Shown here piece by piece: positions 42,199 through 52,704 of a stretch of 64,000 nucleotides of DNA. The translations under genes and the position numbers were made by a program. Source of the stretch: Myxococcales bacterium (GTDB lineage Bacteria; Desulfobacterota; Binatia; HRBIN30). Location: the NCBI GenBank assembly GCA_037445065.1, contig JBBILD010000016.1:27296-91295 (forward strand). Reading direction: 5' to 3'. Every line of letters begins with the position of its first letter. Position 1 is the stretch's first letter. The notes beneath the pieces were generated by a model. It did not search any database, had not been told where the DNA came from, and was given only the letters and a program-made list of their open reading frames with translations.

Positions 42199-42741
42199 AT
42201 GAAGCGCTCGCGGTCGCAATCCAAAGTGCTCCCGCGCCAACGCTTGCTCGCCAAGGTGCGGGCGTTGCGCCGGCAGGGGGCGCGGATCGTGTTCACGAAC
42301 GGCTGCTTCGACTTGCTGCACCTGGGGCACGTCCGGTATTTGGAGGCGGCGCGGCAGCTCGGGGACGTGCTGGTGGTGGGGATCAACAGCGACGCTTCGG
42401 TGCGTCGCCTCAAAGGCCCCACCCGGCCCTTGGTCGGCGAGCGAGAGCGCGCACAAGTGCTGGCCGCGCTGGCGGCAGTGGATTGGGTAACCGTGTTTTC
42501 CGAGGATACACCTTATGAACTCATCGCTGCCCTCAAACCCGACGTCCTGGTCAAGGGCGGCGACTGGCGTGTGCGCGACATCGTAGGCGCCGACGTTGTG
42601 CGCGCGCACGGCGGGCGCGTTCTTTCCCTGCCCTACTTGCGTGGCCACTCCACCACGCGGCTCGTGCAACGCATCTGCCAGCTTGCCTCAAAGGAAAACG
42701 GCCATTCCCACCTGCATGGCAAAGCCCATGTCCCCCGCTAG
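42199..42741 (+). CDS. rfaE2: D-glycero-beta-D-manno-heptose 1-phosphate adenylyltransferase
   Basis: [34 protein letters not shown]. Confidence 0.93.
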   Translation: MKRSRSQSKVLPRQRLLAKVRALRRQGARIVFTNGCFDLLHLGHVRYLEAARQLGDVLVVGINSDASVRRLKGPTRPLVGERERAQVLAALAAVDWVTVFSEDTPYELIAALKPDVLVKGGDWRVRDIVGADVVRAHGGRVLSLPYLRGHSTTRLVQRICQLASKENGHSHLHGKAHVPR

Positions 42742-43296
42742 CCGTACCTGCCCTTGCATGAAGGCCGCTTGCGGATCGAGCTTGCCGGCTTGGATTTGCG
42801 CCATGCTCTCGGCCGGCAACTGAATGGTGACGCGCGCCTCGTTGGGCTTCGCCCCACCGCCGAACACCACCCAGCAGCTCCACTCGCCCCCGCCGGGGAC
42901 GTCCGTCAACACGAAACGAATGGCGCCGCGCAGGGGCCGCAACCGCTCCAGGCGGCTTTTCCCTAAGGGCCGCCGCGCATCCACGGTAAACAGTGCGGGC
43001 AGGCCTGCGGTGAATTTGGCCCAGTCCTCCGCGCTTTGCACGATGCGCAGGATGGGCTCTTGTGCCGGCTCGGAGGCGATGGTCATTTCGCCACCCGCGA
43101 TGTTCGCGTAGCAAACCGCCGGAGGCGTTCCCTCCACTTCCCAGGCAATGGTTGCCTCGGCCGCGTAGAGGTCCTCGAGTTGGCGATGGATTTCGGCCAG
43201 TCGCTGTTCGATCTGCGTGCGCTGCTCGGCGAAGCGGGGCGCGATGCGCTCGGCCAAGAACTGCTCGAGTCGCGGTGAGCGCGTGTTGTTCGGCAT
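42688..43296 (-). CDS. SCP2 sterol-binding domain protein
   Basis: [24 protein letters not shown]. Confidence 0.8.
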   Translation of the reverse strand: MPNNTRSPRLEQFLAERIAPRFAEQRTQIEQRLAEIHRQLEDLYAAEATIAWEVEGTPPAVCYANIAGGEMTIASEPAQEPILRIVQSAEDWAKFTAGLPALFTVDARRPLGKSRLERLRPLRGAIRFVLTDVPGGGEWSCWVVFGGGAKPNEARVTIQLPAESMAQIQAGKLDPQAAFMQGQVRLAGDMGFAMQVGMAVFL

Positions 43297-43366
43297 GGTG
43301 CGAATCCTCCCTTTACACAAAGCCGCGCCGGCGCTAGGCAGTCGCCCTTATCGTGAGGAGCGGATC

Positions 43367-43576
43367 ATGGCGCGAAGCTGCGATATTTGTGGCAAGCATC
43401 GTTCGGTGGGCAACAACGTGAGTCATGCCAACAACAGGACCAAACGGGTATGGCGCCCGAATCTGCAACGAGTTCGCGCCAGTGTCAACGGCGGCGTGCG
43501 GCGGCTCAGGGTGTGCACCCGCTGCATTCGCTCCGGCAAAGTGCAAAAGGCCCCCGTACGCCAGTTCGCATCTTGA
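43367..43576 (+). CDS. rpmB: 50S ribosomal protein L28
   Basis: [35 protein letters not shown]. Confidence 0.97.
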   Translation: MARSCDICGKHRSVGNNVSHANNRTKRVWRPNLQRVRASVNGGVRRLRVCTRCIRSGKVQKAPVRQFAS

Positions 43577-43582
43577 GGCCTC

Positions 43583-44190
43583 GGGGACAGTCCCCTGGGG
43601 TGAGCCACGGACGGCGATCGGTAAGCGGTAAATCGCGAATGGCGCACGGTCCCGCCGTCGCCGGACTTTGCGGGTGGACGCCGCGCAGGATCGTTCGCTG
43701 TGCGGTGTCCCGGTGCTATTGGCGCAGCGGCGAATGTCCGCTGCCGTTTTCTCAGCGGAATTTGGCTCGACGTAAAGGCTTCCCTTGTGGCCGCGGACGG
43801 CGAGTGGCCAGCAGCGAGCGGCGAACGGTTCGGGAGGGAGCTTGGTGGTAGGGGTGACGCTTGTACTCCACGCGGCACGCCGTTCTGCGGATGGCCAGCA
43901 GGTGGGCCACGATGCCTCACCCGGTACGGGCAATGGGGCCCTTGCGGCCGCTTGCTGGTGCTGCCGCCATGGCGTTTCGGCTATGTCGGAACCCGCACCG
44001 CACGACGGTACTCGTGCGCTTCGCGTCCCCACCGCCACGGCACCGCGAAATCTCCACGCTGCCCCCCACCACCACACTCCACGCTGAACGCGCGAGCCAC
44101 TCCAGCTTGGGGTTGACGCGCAGCGCGAATTCCAGGAACCGGCGTGCTCCTAGTTCCGCAGGGCAACCCTGTAGGGGTTGCGCCAGGAAC
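43583..44190 (+). repeat. Mosaic repeat: GGGGACAGTCCCC, heptamer arrays (43603-43644, 43796-43830), degenerate REPs, shared 70-bp segment
   Basis: 43603-43795 parallels 25853-26060; 44027-44090 parallels 26341-26400 and 6716-6775. Confidence 0.7.
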
Positions 44191-44400
44191 GATTCGCTAG
44201 CCGTGCCGCCCGAGGACTCCCCTCGCCGCACCGAAGCCAAGACGAACAGGGCTGCGTACACAGAAGCGGCCGAAGGGGTAGCGAGGGATGGCCTTCCACG
44301 GACACGTGCCATCCCCGCTCAGCGGGCGTGGTGGGCGGTGGCTTCCCTGGGCCGCCACGCAATCTTGCGCTCGCCGGAGAATCTGGGGCAGGTTGCGGAA
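44160..44400 (+). pseudogene. Possible highly decayed RAYT C-terminal relic
   Basis: GQP/VGVAP REP translation then KTNRAAYTE..GVARDGLP..QRAWW..HAILRSPENL, weakly like a RAYT C-terminus. Confidence 0.3.
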
Positions 44401-44622
44401 GTTGCCCGTGGCGGCCGGAAGCGGCTGCCGACGGTGTCCTCACAGGCACAAACCTACGCCGGTGCCCTCGGCGCGGGCTCGGTGCTCACCGCGTGCTGGT
44501 TGCATCGCGGGGCTTGGCGCGCCGGAGTAGGGCCGAGGTCGCGATCCCCCGGTGAGGGCGCAGACAAGGGCAGCCAGCCTTCTTGGGGGGACTGGAAGAC
44601 GAGCTGGCCAGGGCCGGGCGCC

Positions 44623-46797
44623 TCAGAACTCGGTGCGGCCGCCGAGGGGATGGGGAGCACCGTCGCGCACGAAGACCAGAATTTTGTCCAGCGGCACTGC
44701 AAAGCGCACGTGCGCAGGGCCCGTGTAGACGAGACCTTGGTCCCAGAAGTCGCGCCAGCGGCCGCGCGGGAAATACACGGTGCGCTCGCGCTCCCCGTTG
44801 CGCCACACCGGTGCCACCAAGAGATCGGGGCCGAAGAAGTACTGGTCCCAGCGGTCTTGCAGTTCCGGATCGTTTCGGTCCCAAAACGGCATCGGGCGCA
44901 CGATCGGCATGCCGCGGGCTGCCTCGCGCGCGCTGGCCACGATGTAGTCCACCAGTGCGTGGCGCAGGCGCGTGTAGCGGCGGTAAATCTCGATCATCTC
45001 CTGGTCGTAGCGGGGCTCGGTGGGCATGTCCCACGGGGCGTGCGGTCCTTCCCCGCCGATCTCCATGATCCCAGAGAAGGTACTGAACTGGATCCAGCGT
45101 GCGAACACGTCGCGGTCCTTGAACTGGTAGTAGCCACCCGTATCCGAGCCCCAGATGGGGAAGCCCAAGAAGGCGGCGCGCTGCTGCGAAATGATCGCGC
45201 TGCGTAGCCCTAGGTCCGTTCCCGGGCCGAGGCCGAAGTTTTCGCTGCCCGCGGTGTCCCCTCCCCAGATGATCGAATCGGCTTGCGAGCCGGTGTACCC
45301 GGAGCGGGTGATGAGCACGAACTCGCCGTCAGGCCATGTCTGCTCGAGCGCTTCGCGATGCATGCGGGTTTGCAAGATCACGTAGTCGTTGTGCACTTCG
45401 CGGCCGTTGCGGCCATCGGCCCAAATGTCGGTGGCGGCGGATGGGATGTGCTCCTCGCCGCGGTCGAGTTTGATCCCGTGGATCCCCTCGTTGCGCAGAA
45501 AAGCGGCAAGGCGCGCAGCGAACCAGCGGCGGGCTTCCGGATGGGTGACATCGAGAATGAAACTGCGCCCGCGCAAGTCGTCGCAAAAGGGCGGGCCGGT
45601 GCGGCTCATCGGTGCAATAAAGCCCAGGCGCTGCGCCTCGAAACCGTTGTCTCCCGGCTCGCTGCCGCACACCCAGGCCCCGCTCCACATCACCAGCCGG
45701 TAGCCGCGGCGGCGCAGGGCGTCGAGCATGAAGCGGACGTTGGGCAAACGCTCTTCGTCCCAAGCAAAGCGGGCAAAGCCAAAGTTGCCTTGCAGCACGG
45801 GGCGGTCGAGCAGGTACACGCCAGCGGGGATGCCGAGCTGCTCGTACATCTTCACGTCTTCCGCCACGTGGGCGTTGATGGGCACCCCGTCGAGCTCGTC
45901 TGCCGCAAAGGGTAGCTCCCCGCGCCAGCGCCAGTGCAGGAAGGCCCAGCGTGGTGGCACCAGCGGCCGCCCGGTGAGCTGGGTGTATTCGTCGAGGATG
46001 GCCGGGAAGTCCGGCCCGTAGAAGAGGTAGAAAAGCAAGCGCTGGTTTTCCGGGCGCGTGCCGGTCTCGAACGCGAACGAGACCACCTCTGGGTCGGAGG
46101 CCGCCACGTCGTACACCCCGGGCATGGTGCCGGCGACGCTGAGGCCGTAACCGCGCGAGCTCTGGTAAAAGGGCGCATAGACGGCGATCGTCGGGCGCAC
46201 GAACATTTCGACTCGTTCGCCACGGCGGTCGAGCGAGCCGACCTCGCGCGGGCGGATGTCTTCCTCGGGAATGTCGACCAGGCCGGGAAGCAGCGGGGGC
46301 GAGTCGCGCGGGCGCTCGGTGAGCCCGTAAATGCGCTCGTCGCGCGGACTCACCCAGCGGCTGCCGACCTGCGTTGCCGCGGCTGCTTCGGCGGGCACGA
46401 ACGCGACCTGCACGGTGCGCGGCGAGAGGAAACGAAGCTCGAGGCCGGTACTGCTGCCGTCTGTGGTGGCTAGGGTGAAGGACGCGCCCTCGGCTTGCGC
46501 CTCGGCACGTGCGACGCGCTGTGCGCAGCTCTCTTCCCCCGCCCGCTCGAAAAAGAGGCCGCAGGGCACGCTCGTGCGCGTGAGTTCCTGTCCACTGCGG
46601 GCGGCGCGAAACACGAGGGCAAACGGCTGGCGTTGCACTTCCACCTGCACTTGCTCGGACTCGAGCACGACTCTCTGCGCGTCGTGCCGGACGCGCACGG
46701 TTCCGCTCGCACTCGCGGGCTCGCCATCGCTACCGCAGCCGAGGACAGCACAAATCCAAGCAGCGGAAACGAGCGCGAAAGACCATCTCTTCCTCAT
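44623..46797 (-). CDS. Glycoside hydrolase family 31 lipoprotein
   Basis: LGC lipobox; GIKLDRGEE nucleophile motif, WGGD, WGSDTGGY, DLLVAPV. Confidence 0.9.
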   Translation of the reverse strand: MRKRWSFALVSAAWICAVLGCGSDGEPASASGTVRVRHDAQRVVLESEQVQVEVQRQPFALVFRAARSGQELTRTSVPCGLFFERAGEESCAQRVARAEAQAEGASFTLATTDGSSTGLELRFLSPRTVQVAFVPAEAAAATQVGSRWVSPRDERIYGLTERPRDSPPLLPGLVDIPEEDIRPREVGSLDRRGERVEMFVRPTIAVYAPFYQSSRGYGLSVAGTMPGVYDVAASDPEVVSFAFETGTRPENQRLLFYLFYGPDFPAILDEYTQLTGRPLVPPRWAFLHWRWRGELPFAADELDGVPINAHVAEDVKMYEQLGIPAGVYLLDRPVLQGNFGFARFAWDEERLPNVRFMLDALRRRGYRLVMWSGAWVCGSEPGDNGFEAQRLGFIAPMSRTGPPFCDDLRGRSFILDVTHPEARRWFAARLAAFLRNEGIHGIKLDRGEEHIPSAATDIWADGRNGREVHNDYVILQTRMHREALEQTWPDGEFVLITRSGYTGSQADSIIWGGDTAGSENFGLGPGTDLGLRSAIISQQRAAFLGFPIWGSDTGGYYQFKDRDVFARWIQFSTFSGIMEIGGEGPHAPWDMPTEPRYDQEMIEIYRRYTRLRHALVDYIVASAREAARGMPIVRPMPFWDRNDPELQDRWDQYFFGPDLLVAPVWRNGERERTVYFPRGRWRDFWDQGLVYTGPAHVRFAVPLDKILVFVRDGAPHPLGGRTEF

Positions 46798-47056
46798 CGC
46801 ACACTCTGACTACGGTGAGAGCCACGCCGAGGCAACGCCCCAAACCAGGGTGGAGCACGGAAATCTACAGAAGAGCCATTCGCGACCTTGCCGCGGCTGG
46901 GTGCGAGACTTCTCTCCCGCCCTTGCCATGGGAGGGCTTTGCCGGGCGGCGAATACCCTGCTGGCCGGCAGTCGGTTGCGCTCCAGCAAAGTTGTCCGAA
47001 CGCGAAGAAGGCAGTGCGACCTTCGCGCGCTGTTTGCCTACAAGAGCGAGCGCCGC

Positions 47057-47344
47057 TCAGTCGTCGAGCAATCCGGCGATTTCTTTGACCGTGTCCGACA
47101 GGTAGCGAGCTTGGTAGCGAAAGCGCTTCTTGTACTCGGGGTGCCTAGCAAACCACTCCCGCGGCGACATGCCGCCCTTTTCTCGATTGCAGCGCGCACG
47201 CCAGTACTCGGTTCGAGACTTGTTGTCCAGCACTCGGCGCCGTACCCCGTACTGGCGCCAGAAACCGATCGGCACCACATGGTCCACCGTGAGCGGACCC
47301 TCGCTGCCACAGTACACGCATCGCTGCGTTCCCCGCTTGGCCAT
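47057..47344 (-). CDS. Small HNH endonuclease with locally frameshifted active site
   Basis: CVYCG, TVDHVVP, CNREKG; expected SNRVLAC lies in a shifted frame. Confidence 0.75.
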   Translation of the reverse strand: MAKRGTQRCVYCGSEGPLTVDHVVPIGFWRQYGVRRRVLDNKSRTEYWRARCNREKGGMSPREWFARHPEYKKRFRYQARYLSDTVKEIAGLLDD

Positions 47345-47864
47345 GGCCTCGCTGCGCAGAGCGAATCACGGCATAGGAGCCGGAGTCAATCGGCAGCCAA
47401 GGAAAAAACGAGCGGGTGCTTTTCGAGCCTGCGCATGGCGCTTGCGCCCACAAACCGTTGCAAGGGGCCAGTGCGCCCCTGTCCCGGCCGCGACGGGAAG
47501 CTGAGCCCTGGTACGGCACAGAGTCGCACCGATGCGCAAGCAAGGCTTGCGGGCACGACCCGCTTACCATCGTAGGGCTGCCCGCTTGTTCTTCCGTGCC
47601 TCGCGGCGCAAGCCACGCTCTTTGCGTGGGACGAGAACACCCGCGCGCTTCACAAGGTCTGCCCGAGGCTGAGGGATCCGCCCAAAAGGAGGAACCAGCG
47701 CCGCGCACAGCGGCGCCGAGGGAACGCGCAGCGAGCTCCGCGCGATCTGGTTCCGAGCGATGCTCGCCGGGGCATTCGGCTTGCGTCGTGCCCCCCTCGT
47801 GTGCGGCGAGGCGAGCCGCATCCATTGCTTCCTGCGCTAGGCGTCCGTTCATTATATAGCGACC

Positions 47865-48929
47865 ATGGCGCGGGACATTGTTTGCACAGTTGGAACCTCT
47901 CTCCTCACCAATCGGGACGAGCGGCCGTGGGCAGGCTGGAATCCGCGGACCCCGGATCCCCTGCCGTCCACGGAGGAAGTACTGAGCTGGCTCGCGCGCG
48001 CCGATCTGACCAAAGCGAGCGCGGAAACCAACACGCTGCGCGCCCTCGAACTGAGCGAGGAGGACCGTCTCGACCTCCTGTACTCGGAGACCGACGAGGG
48101 CCGTTTTTGCGCCGAAGTCCTGAGCCAGTTTTACCGCCCTCGCTGCCGCGGCGTGGAACTGTGGCAAATCGGCCACCTCGGTTACGGAGCGGCCTCGTTC
48201 ACCACAGGCCTCAAGTCGCTGATCGATTGCGCGATCCGCCTCGTGCGCGACGCACGCGAACGTGGGTACCAGCCGCTGTTTTGCGCAACCGGCGGGTTCA
48301 AGGCGGAAATCGCCTTTCTCAACTTGCTCGGCGCCTTGCTCGAGATCGAAGTGGTCTACATCCACGAGTTGCACCGGGAACTCGTACGCCTGCCGCGCCT
48401 GCCACTGGCATGGGACGCCGATTTCGTGGCCCGGCACGAGGCCTTCTTCCGTTGGATCGACGAGCAGCCGCGCAGGAGCGCGAAAGTGGAAGCGCGCTTG
48501 CGCGCGTGCCCCGAGTTGCGCTGGCTGGTAGAAGACGGCGGCGACGGCTGCACGTACCTCTCTGCCGCCGGCGACTTGCTGTTCAAGGCCGCACGCGCCA
48601 AAGCCGCCGCACAACCCGCAGCCACCTGGCCTCCTCCCGATCCACGCCCTCCCGTAGAGAAAAACCAGGTTTCCTCCCTGGGCCACCACCGGCCGAGCGG
48701 CTGGGAGCGGTTCGTGGAGCGCTTGTGCGCGATCGATTGTGTGACGGCCGTGCGCTTCGATGCGCGCGCCGGAACTGGTGGGCGCGTACGCGTGCTCGAT
48801 GCGGCGAAGGGGATGATCGGTGTGCGCTTTGGAAACCCGGGTAACGAGCTGTGCTTGAGCGTCGAGACCACCGCGCGGGGGGAAGCTCAGACCGAACTGG
48901 TGGCGAGTTACTTGGAAAAGTTGCGTTGA
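47865..48929 (+). CDS. APE2256-family CARF protein with extra C-terminal domain
   Basis: CTVGTSLL, SAETNTL, SETDEG, ATGGFKAE, YIHE..LVRLP. Confidence 0.85.
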   Translation: MARDIVCTVGTSLLTNRDERPWAGWNPRTPDPLPSTEEVLSWLARADLTKASAETNTLRALELSEEDRLDLLYSETDEGRFCAEVLSQFYRPRCRGVELWQIGHLGYGAASFTTGLKSLIDCAIRLVRDARERGYQPLFCATGGFKAEIAFLNLLGALLEIEVVYIHELHRELVRLPRLPLAWDADFVARHEAFFRWIDEQPRRSAKVEARLRACPELRWLVEDGGDGCTYLSAAGDLLFKAARAKAAAQPAATWPPPDPRPPVEKNQVSSLGHHRPSGWERFVERLCAIDCVTAVRFDARAGTGGRVRVLDAAKGMIGVRFGNPGNELCLSVETTARGEAQTELVASYLEKLR

Positions 48930-50383
48930 GGCAGCAAGGCCATTGCATCGCGCCGGGCGGCCTAGCGGAGCAAGAGTTTTGTTGGCCCGTCTTTGGTGCG
49001 GAGGAGGGCCGTCGGAGGGCGCATGACCAGTGGCCACGCGAGGGCAAAGAGGGTTGGATGCCCCTGCCTCGCAACGGAGCACCAGTTCTGGCTCGGCCCG
49101 GTTGCTCGTCGGCATCGTGCAACGAACCCTCGCTGCACGTCGGTTCAGGGGCGCTCCCCGAACGCTGGCATCGCAACGCCAGCAACCACCTACGCTTTCC
49201 AGCCTCCCGTTCGAACCGAGACCTGAGGCCGGGGTATTTGAACAACCACTCGCGTGACAAGGTCGGCGGGGAGATCAAGGAAGGACGTGTTCTTCTTGGC
49301 GAGACAGAAAGAAGCAGCGAGTCCGTGCCGGATGCTAATCCAGGAATTCTGCGACACGTGGCCGCGCGCTCCGTTAGGAGTCTGTCCCCTGCTGTCCGCG
49401 CTTCTGGTCGGCTGACCAGCACCGAGCGGCGGGCGCGGAAATGCGCGGCTTTGGGGCGATTGGTTCGCCTCTTTCTCGAGCCATCGCCTAGGGACTCCAC
49501 AAGGTGTGCTGTTGTAGCGGCCTCGAGACGACGATGCCCATCTCGGCCAAACTGCCCAAGTTCTGCCCGCGGCCAGGAATTGCCTCGCTGTAGGGAATAG
49601 GAGATGGGGTACGTTACCCCATAAACGCGTCCCATGGTATCGAGGTCTTGAGCGCACGTGGGGGGCTTGCCTTTGCAACTGGCAGCGACAGCGATGGTGC
49701 TGCGGCTTGCCGAGCTCGGGGTTCGCACTGTGCGAGGCGAGGATCGAGCTGCACTGCATGCGTGACTTAACGCGCAGCGGCTTGGCGAGTGCGACGCCAG
49801 ACGTCGTGCGGATCTTACAACTGCCCTTCCGATTGGAGGCGCAGACGATTTCGGTGGCAGAGCAAATGCGCGCTGCCTGCGAACCGCTCGGACTCCGCCC
49901 TCCCTATGCTACGTGTCAGGGCTGCTGCGTGGATTTTTGCCGTAGGCACAGGCCGACCAGGCGCTCGCGGCGCAACGCAGTCGGAGCGCTGGGTAATGCG
50001 CAGCATCATGGGCCGAGTGGAGGAAGGGGCGGTAGGATTGGTGAGTCGTGCGTGCGTTGGCGCGACCGAACGCCCACCCGATCTGCCGAGCGCGGACCTC
50101 CGACCGCACGGTTGTTGCGTGCGCGGGAAGAGCCGCAGCATCTTGTGCGCGATGTGAGAGCACACATGCAATCGCCGCTCTCCCCCGACATCCTAGCCCT
50201 GGGCAGCCTGCTCGAGCGTCAATCCGACCGGTTGCAGGTCAAGCCGCAAGGCCGCACCTGGCTGGCGCATCAGGACAACGCTCGAGCCTCGCCGAGCCAA
50301 GGGGTCGTGAGCGCAAGCGACTGAGTTGTGCGGTGGAGCAAAAGGGGGTTGACAGCGCCAAAGCCAAGCGGGCAGGATGACAT

Positions 50384-51616
50384 ATGAATCGCTCGCTTTT
50401 TCTTTCCCTTTTGCTTTTTTGCTCGGGCGCTCTGCCGCGGGTGGCGCGACCGGCGAGTTTTGGCACGCTTGCGAACTTCGATGTCTTTAATACCACCGGA
50501 GAAATGTGCCACGGGTTTGAGATCGAGTTGCACGGGGTGCGTCCTGAAGATGTCCGCCACACCTTTGGTGCTCCGAACCAGCGTTACGGGAACCCCCAAG
50601 TGCTGCCCGCCCCCAGCGGGACGCTGGTGCGCTACGCGAGCGCGTGGGACGCCACACGCCAGGCCTTTGCTGAGCGGACCTTGCCTGCGCGTCAGCCCAT
50701 CGTGCCAACGCAAGGGCACGCTTGTTGGCGTAATGGCCGGGGCGATTACGATACGAGCGGCTGCGAACACTTTGGCGTGGTGCTGGCCGCCAGCCCAACC
50801 GGCACCGAGATGTACTGGCTGGTGGCGGATCCGAGCACGCCCGGGTCCCTGCGGCGCGCGGTCAATCCAGTCGGGATTCCACTTCCCACTTGGAACGTGC
50901 GCGAACCTGCTGCGGGTCCTCCCGTGGTGGAGGCCGTGGTCGAGGCCGAGCCAGCCGAGGCAAGCGAGCAGTACGGGAGCGCATTGTGGGTAAAAGTGTT
51001 CGTAACCGAGCAGGAGCAAGAGACGGAACTCGAGCATTTAGTGAGCGACGACCCGCTCGTTCCGCGCGACGAAGGGCAGACCGAGGTGGAGTGGTCCATT
51101 CTCCAGTCGGGCCCTGCGGGCAAGGGCCATAACGAACTGTTGCGAGAAGCCGCGCTTTCTCAGGGCACCAAGAGCGTGATCCGCCGCTATGAGTTTTATG
51201 AATACACCGGCGCCTACGACCCGGAGACCCACGAAGTGCAGTGTGGGGGCGATGGGAGCTGCGAGGTTCCCCTCCCCGGGGAGCTAGGTAACTACCTTGG
51301 CTCGCAAATGTCGGCTTTCAACGCGGGCTTTCTTCTCGAAACACCCACGCTGACGCCGACAGGAAGTGCGACTCCGACACCGAGCGCGCCCGTCTCACCT
51401 ACAGCTTCGCCCGAGGCAGGCGCGTGTGTGGGTGACTGTAGCGGGGACGGTGCGGTCACCATTGATGAGGTCATCGTGCTGGTGCGGATTGCCCTGGGGG
51501 ATGAGCCGCTTGCCACTTGCACGCGGGCAGACATGGATCGCAGCGGCGAAATTACGATAGACGAAATCGTAGGCGCGGTGCGCAGCGCACTGCTTTCCTG
51601 CGACCCATTGGGTTGA
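50384..51616 (+). CDS. Secreted protein with PT linker and CxGDC dockerin-like C-terminus
   Basis: Signal peptide; GTLANFDVFN; CVGDCSGDGAVTIDE...DMDRSGEITIDE...ALLSC. Confidence 0.85.
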   Translation: MNRSLFLSLLLFCSGALPRVARPASFGTLANFDVFNTTGEMCHGFEIELHGVRPEDVRHTFGAPNQRYGNPQVLPAPSGTLVRYASAWDATRQAFAERTLPARQPIVPTQGHACWRNGRGDYDTSGCEHFGVVLAASPTGTEMYWLVADPSTPGSLRRAVNPVGIPLPTWNVREPAAGPPVVEAVVEAEPAEASEQYGSALWVKVFVTEQEQETELEHLVSDDPLVPRDEGQTEVEWSILQSGPAGKGHNELLREAALSQGTKSVIRRYEFYEYTGAYDPETHEVQCGGDGSCEVPLPGELGNYLGSQMSAFNAGFLLETPTLTPTGSATPTPSAPVSPTASPEAGACVGDCSGDGAVTIDEVIVLVRIALGDEPLATCTRADMDRSGEITIDEIVGAVRSALLSCDPLG

Positions 51617-51622
51617 TTCGCC

Positions 51623-52140
51623 TCACGTCACGAACGCGTGCTCGTTGTGCCAGCGCAACAGTTTTCGATCGGGCCAATCTGAGGAGTCGTTAGGAACGTG
51701 AATTTGTGTGCCATGAAGAGGGTAGTACGAACGGCCATTCTCCCACTCCTGGCGTAGGCGCGGGCTGACCTCGAAGAGGTATTTGGGCGTAACGGTGACG
51801 TAGCCACGCTCGAAGAGGCGCTGGATGTCGGCGCGAAGCAAAATCCCGTTGCGCCCGCTGAGTTCGCCTCCCGTGGCTTGCGGCCGAATGATGGCCGGCT
51901 CGAGGACGGGAAGGGAGTGCTCGCGCGTCACCGCGCAAGCGCGCCTGTACGCGTCGAGCACCAGGGCACGAAAAGCGCCCATCTGGATGGAAACTGGCTG
52001 CTGCCAGGGAGTTTCGATGGGCCAATTCGTAGGGGTTTGTTGCCGATGACGCGCCGCTACCTCCTGGCAGGCTCGGCAGATGCGCGAACCTTCGCCTTCG
52101 CGCAGCGAAGAGCGTTTTCGGGAGACCCATGAAGATCGCG
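51623..52140 (-). pseudogene. HNH_2-type restriction endonuclease remnant
   Basis: FRALVLDAYRRACAVT, NGILLRAD, LLRWHNE; EAAH appears as EPAI and DIH as DIQ; 5' end lost at a REP cluster. Confidence 0.75.
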
Positions 52141-52191
52141 CGGCCGGCACCGCGGCGGGGATCGGGTTCGGGATGGGTACCAGATTGCGCA

Positions 52192-52490
52192 ACGGGCAGG
52201 CACAAGGCGTGCCCCTACGCCAGCGTTTGCGGCGGCCTGCCTCCATTCTGGCACCGGTGCTCCTCGGTGGATTGTAGGGTGACCCTTTTGGCGGGCCGCG
52301 GTGGGGTTGGCAGGATGCTGCGGTCGCGAAGGCGATGCCTTGCGGGTAGGCACGCCGCTGCCGTTGAGCATCCGCAGTGGCGGCGAGTGATACCGGCGGC
52401 ATCGTGGTTTGCGCACCGCGGTGCCGGGTGACTATCACGCCGCCACCACGCGGACGAAGAATGTAGGGGCGGCCCTTGTGGCCGCCCGCT
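52192..52490. repeat. Mosaic REP element (52192-52218 -, 52274 +, 52463 +)
   Basis: GTAG hairpins with a linker matching 26191-26243. Confidence 0.8.
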
Positions 52491-52704
52491 AGTGTGCCTG
52501 GCCGCGTTCAGTGTTGCTTGCGGTGTTCCTTGGACACCAACGCGAACGGTCTTGCAGGGATCGCTCGCCACAGCCGTGCCCTCGCCCATCCTTCCGGCTT
52601 GTGGGCGAGCGCGTTCTACCCCGGGAACCGGTTCCAAGACTTAGAGCAGCGGTCCGGAACGAATTGTGTTGACTCGCGCCACCCTCCGTTCAAACTAGGA
52701 GCTC

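Noticed and set aside
46800..50383. CRISPR array or cas operon near the CARF gene
   Set aside because: No regularly spaced repeats or recognisable cas genes; the 49604 hairpin is single-copy
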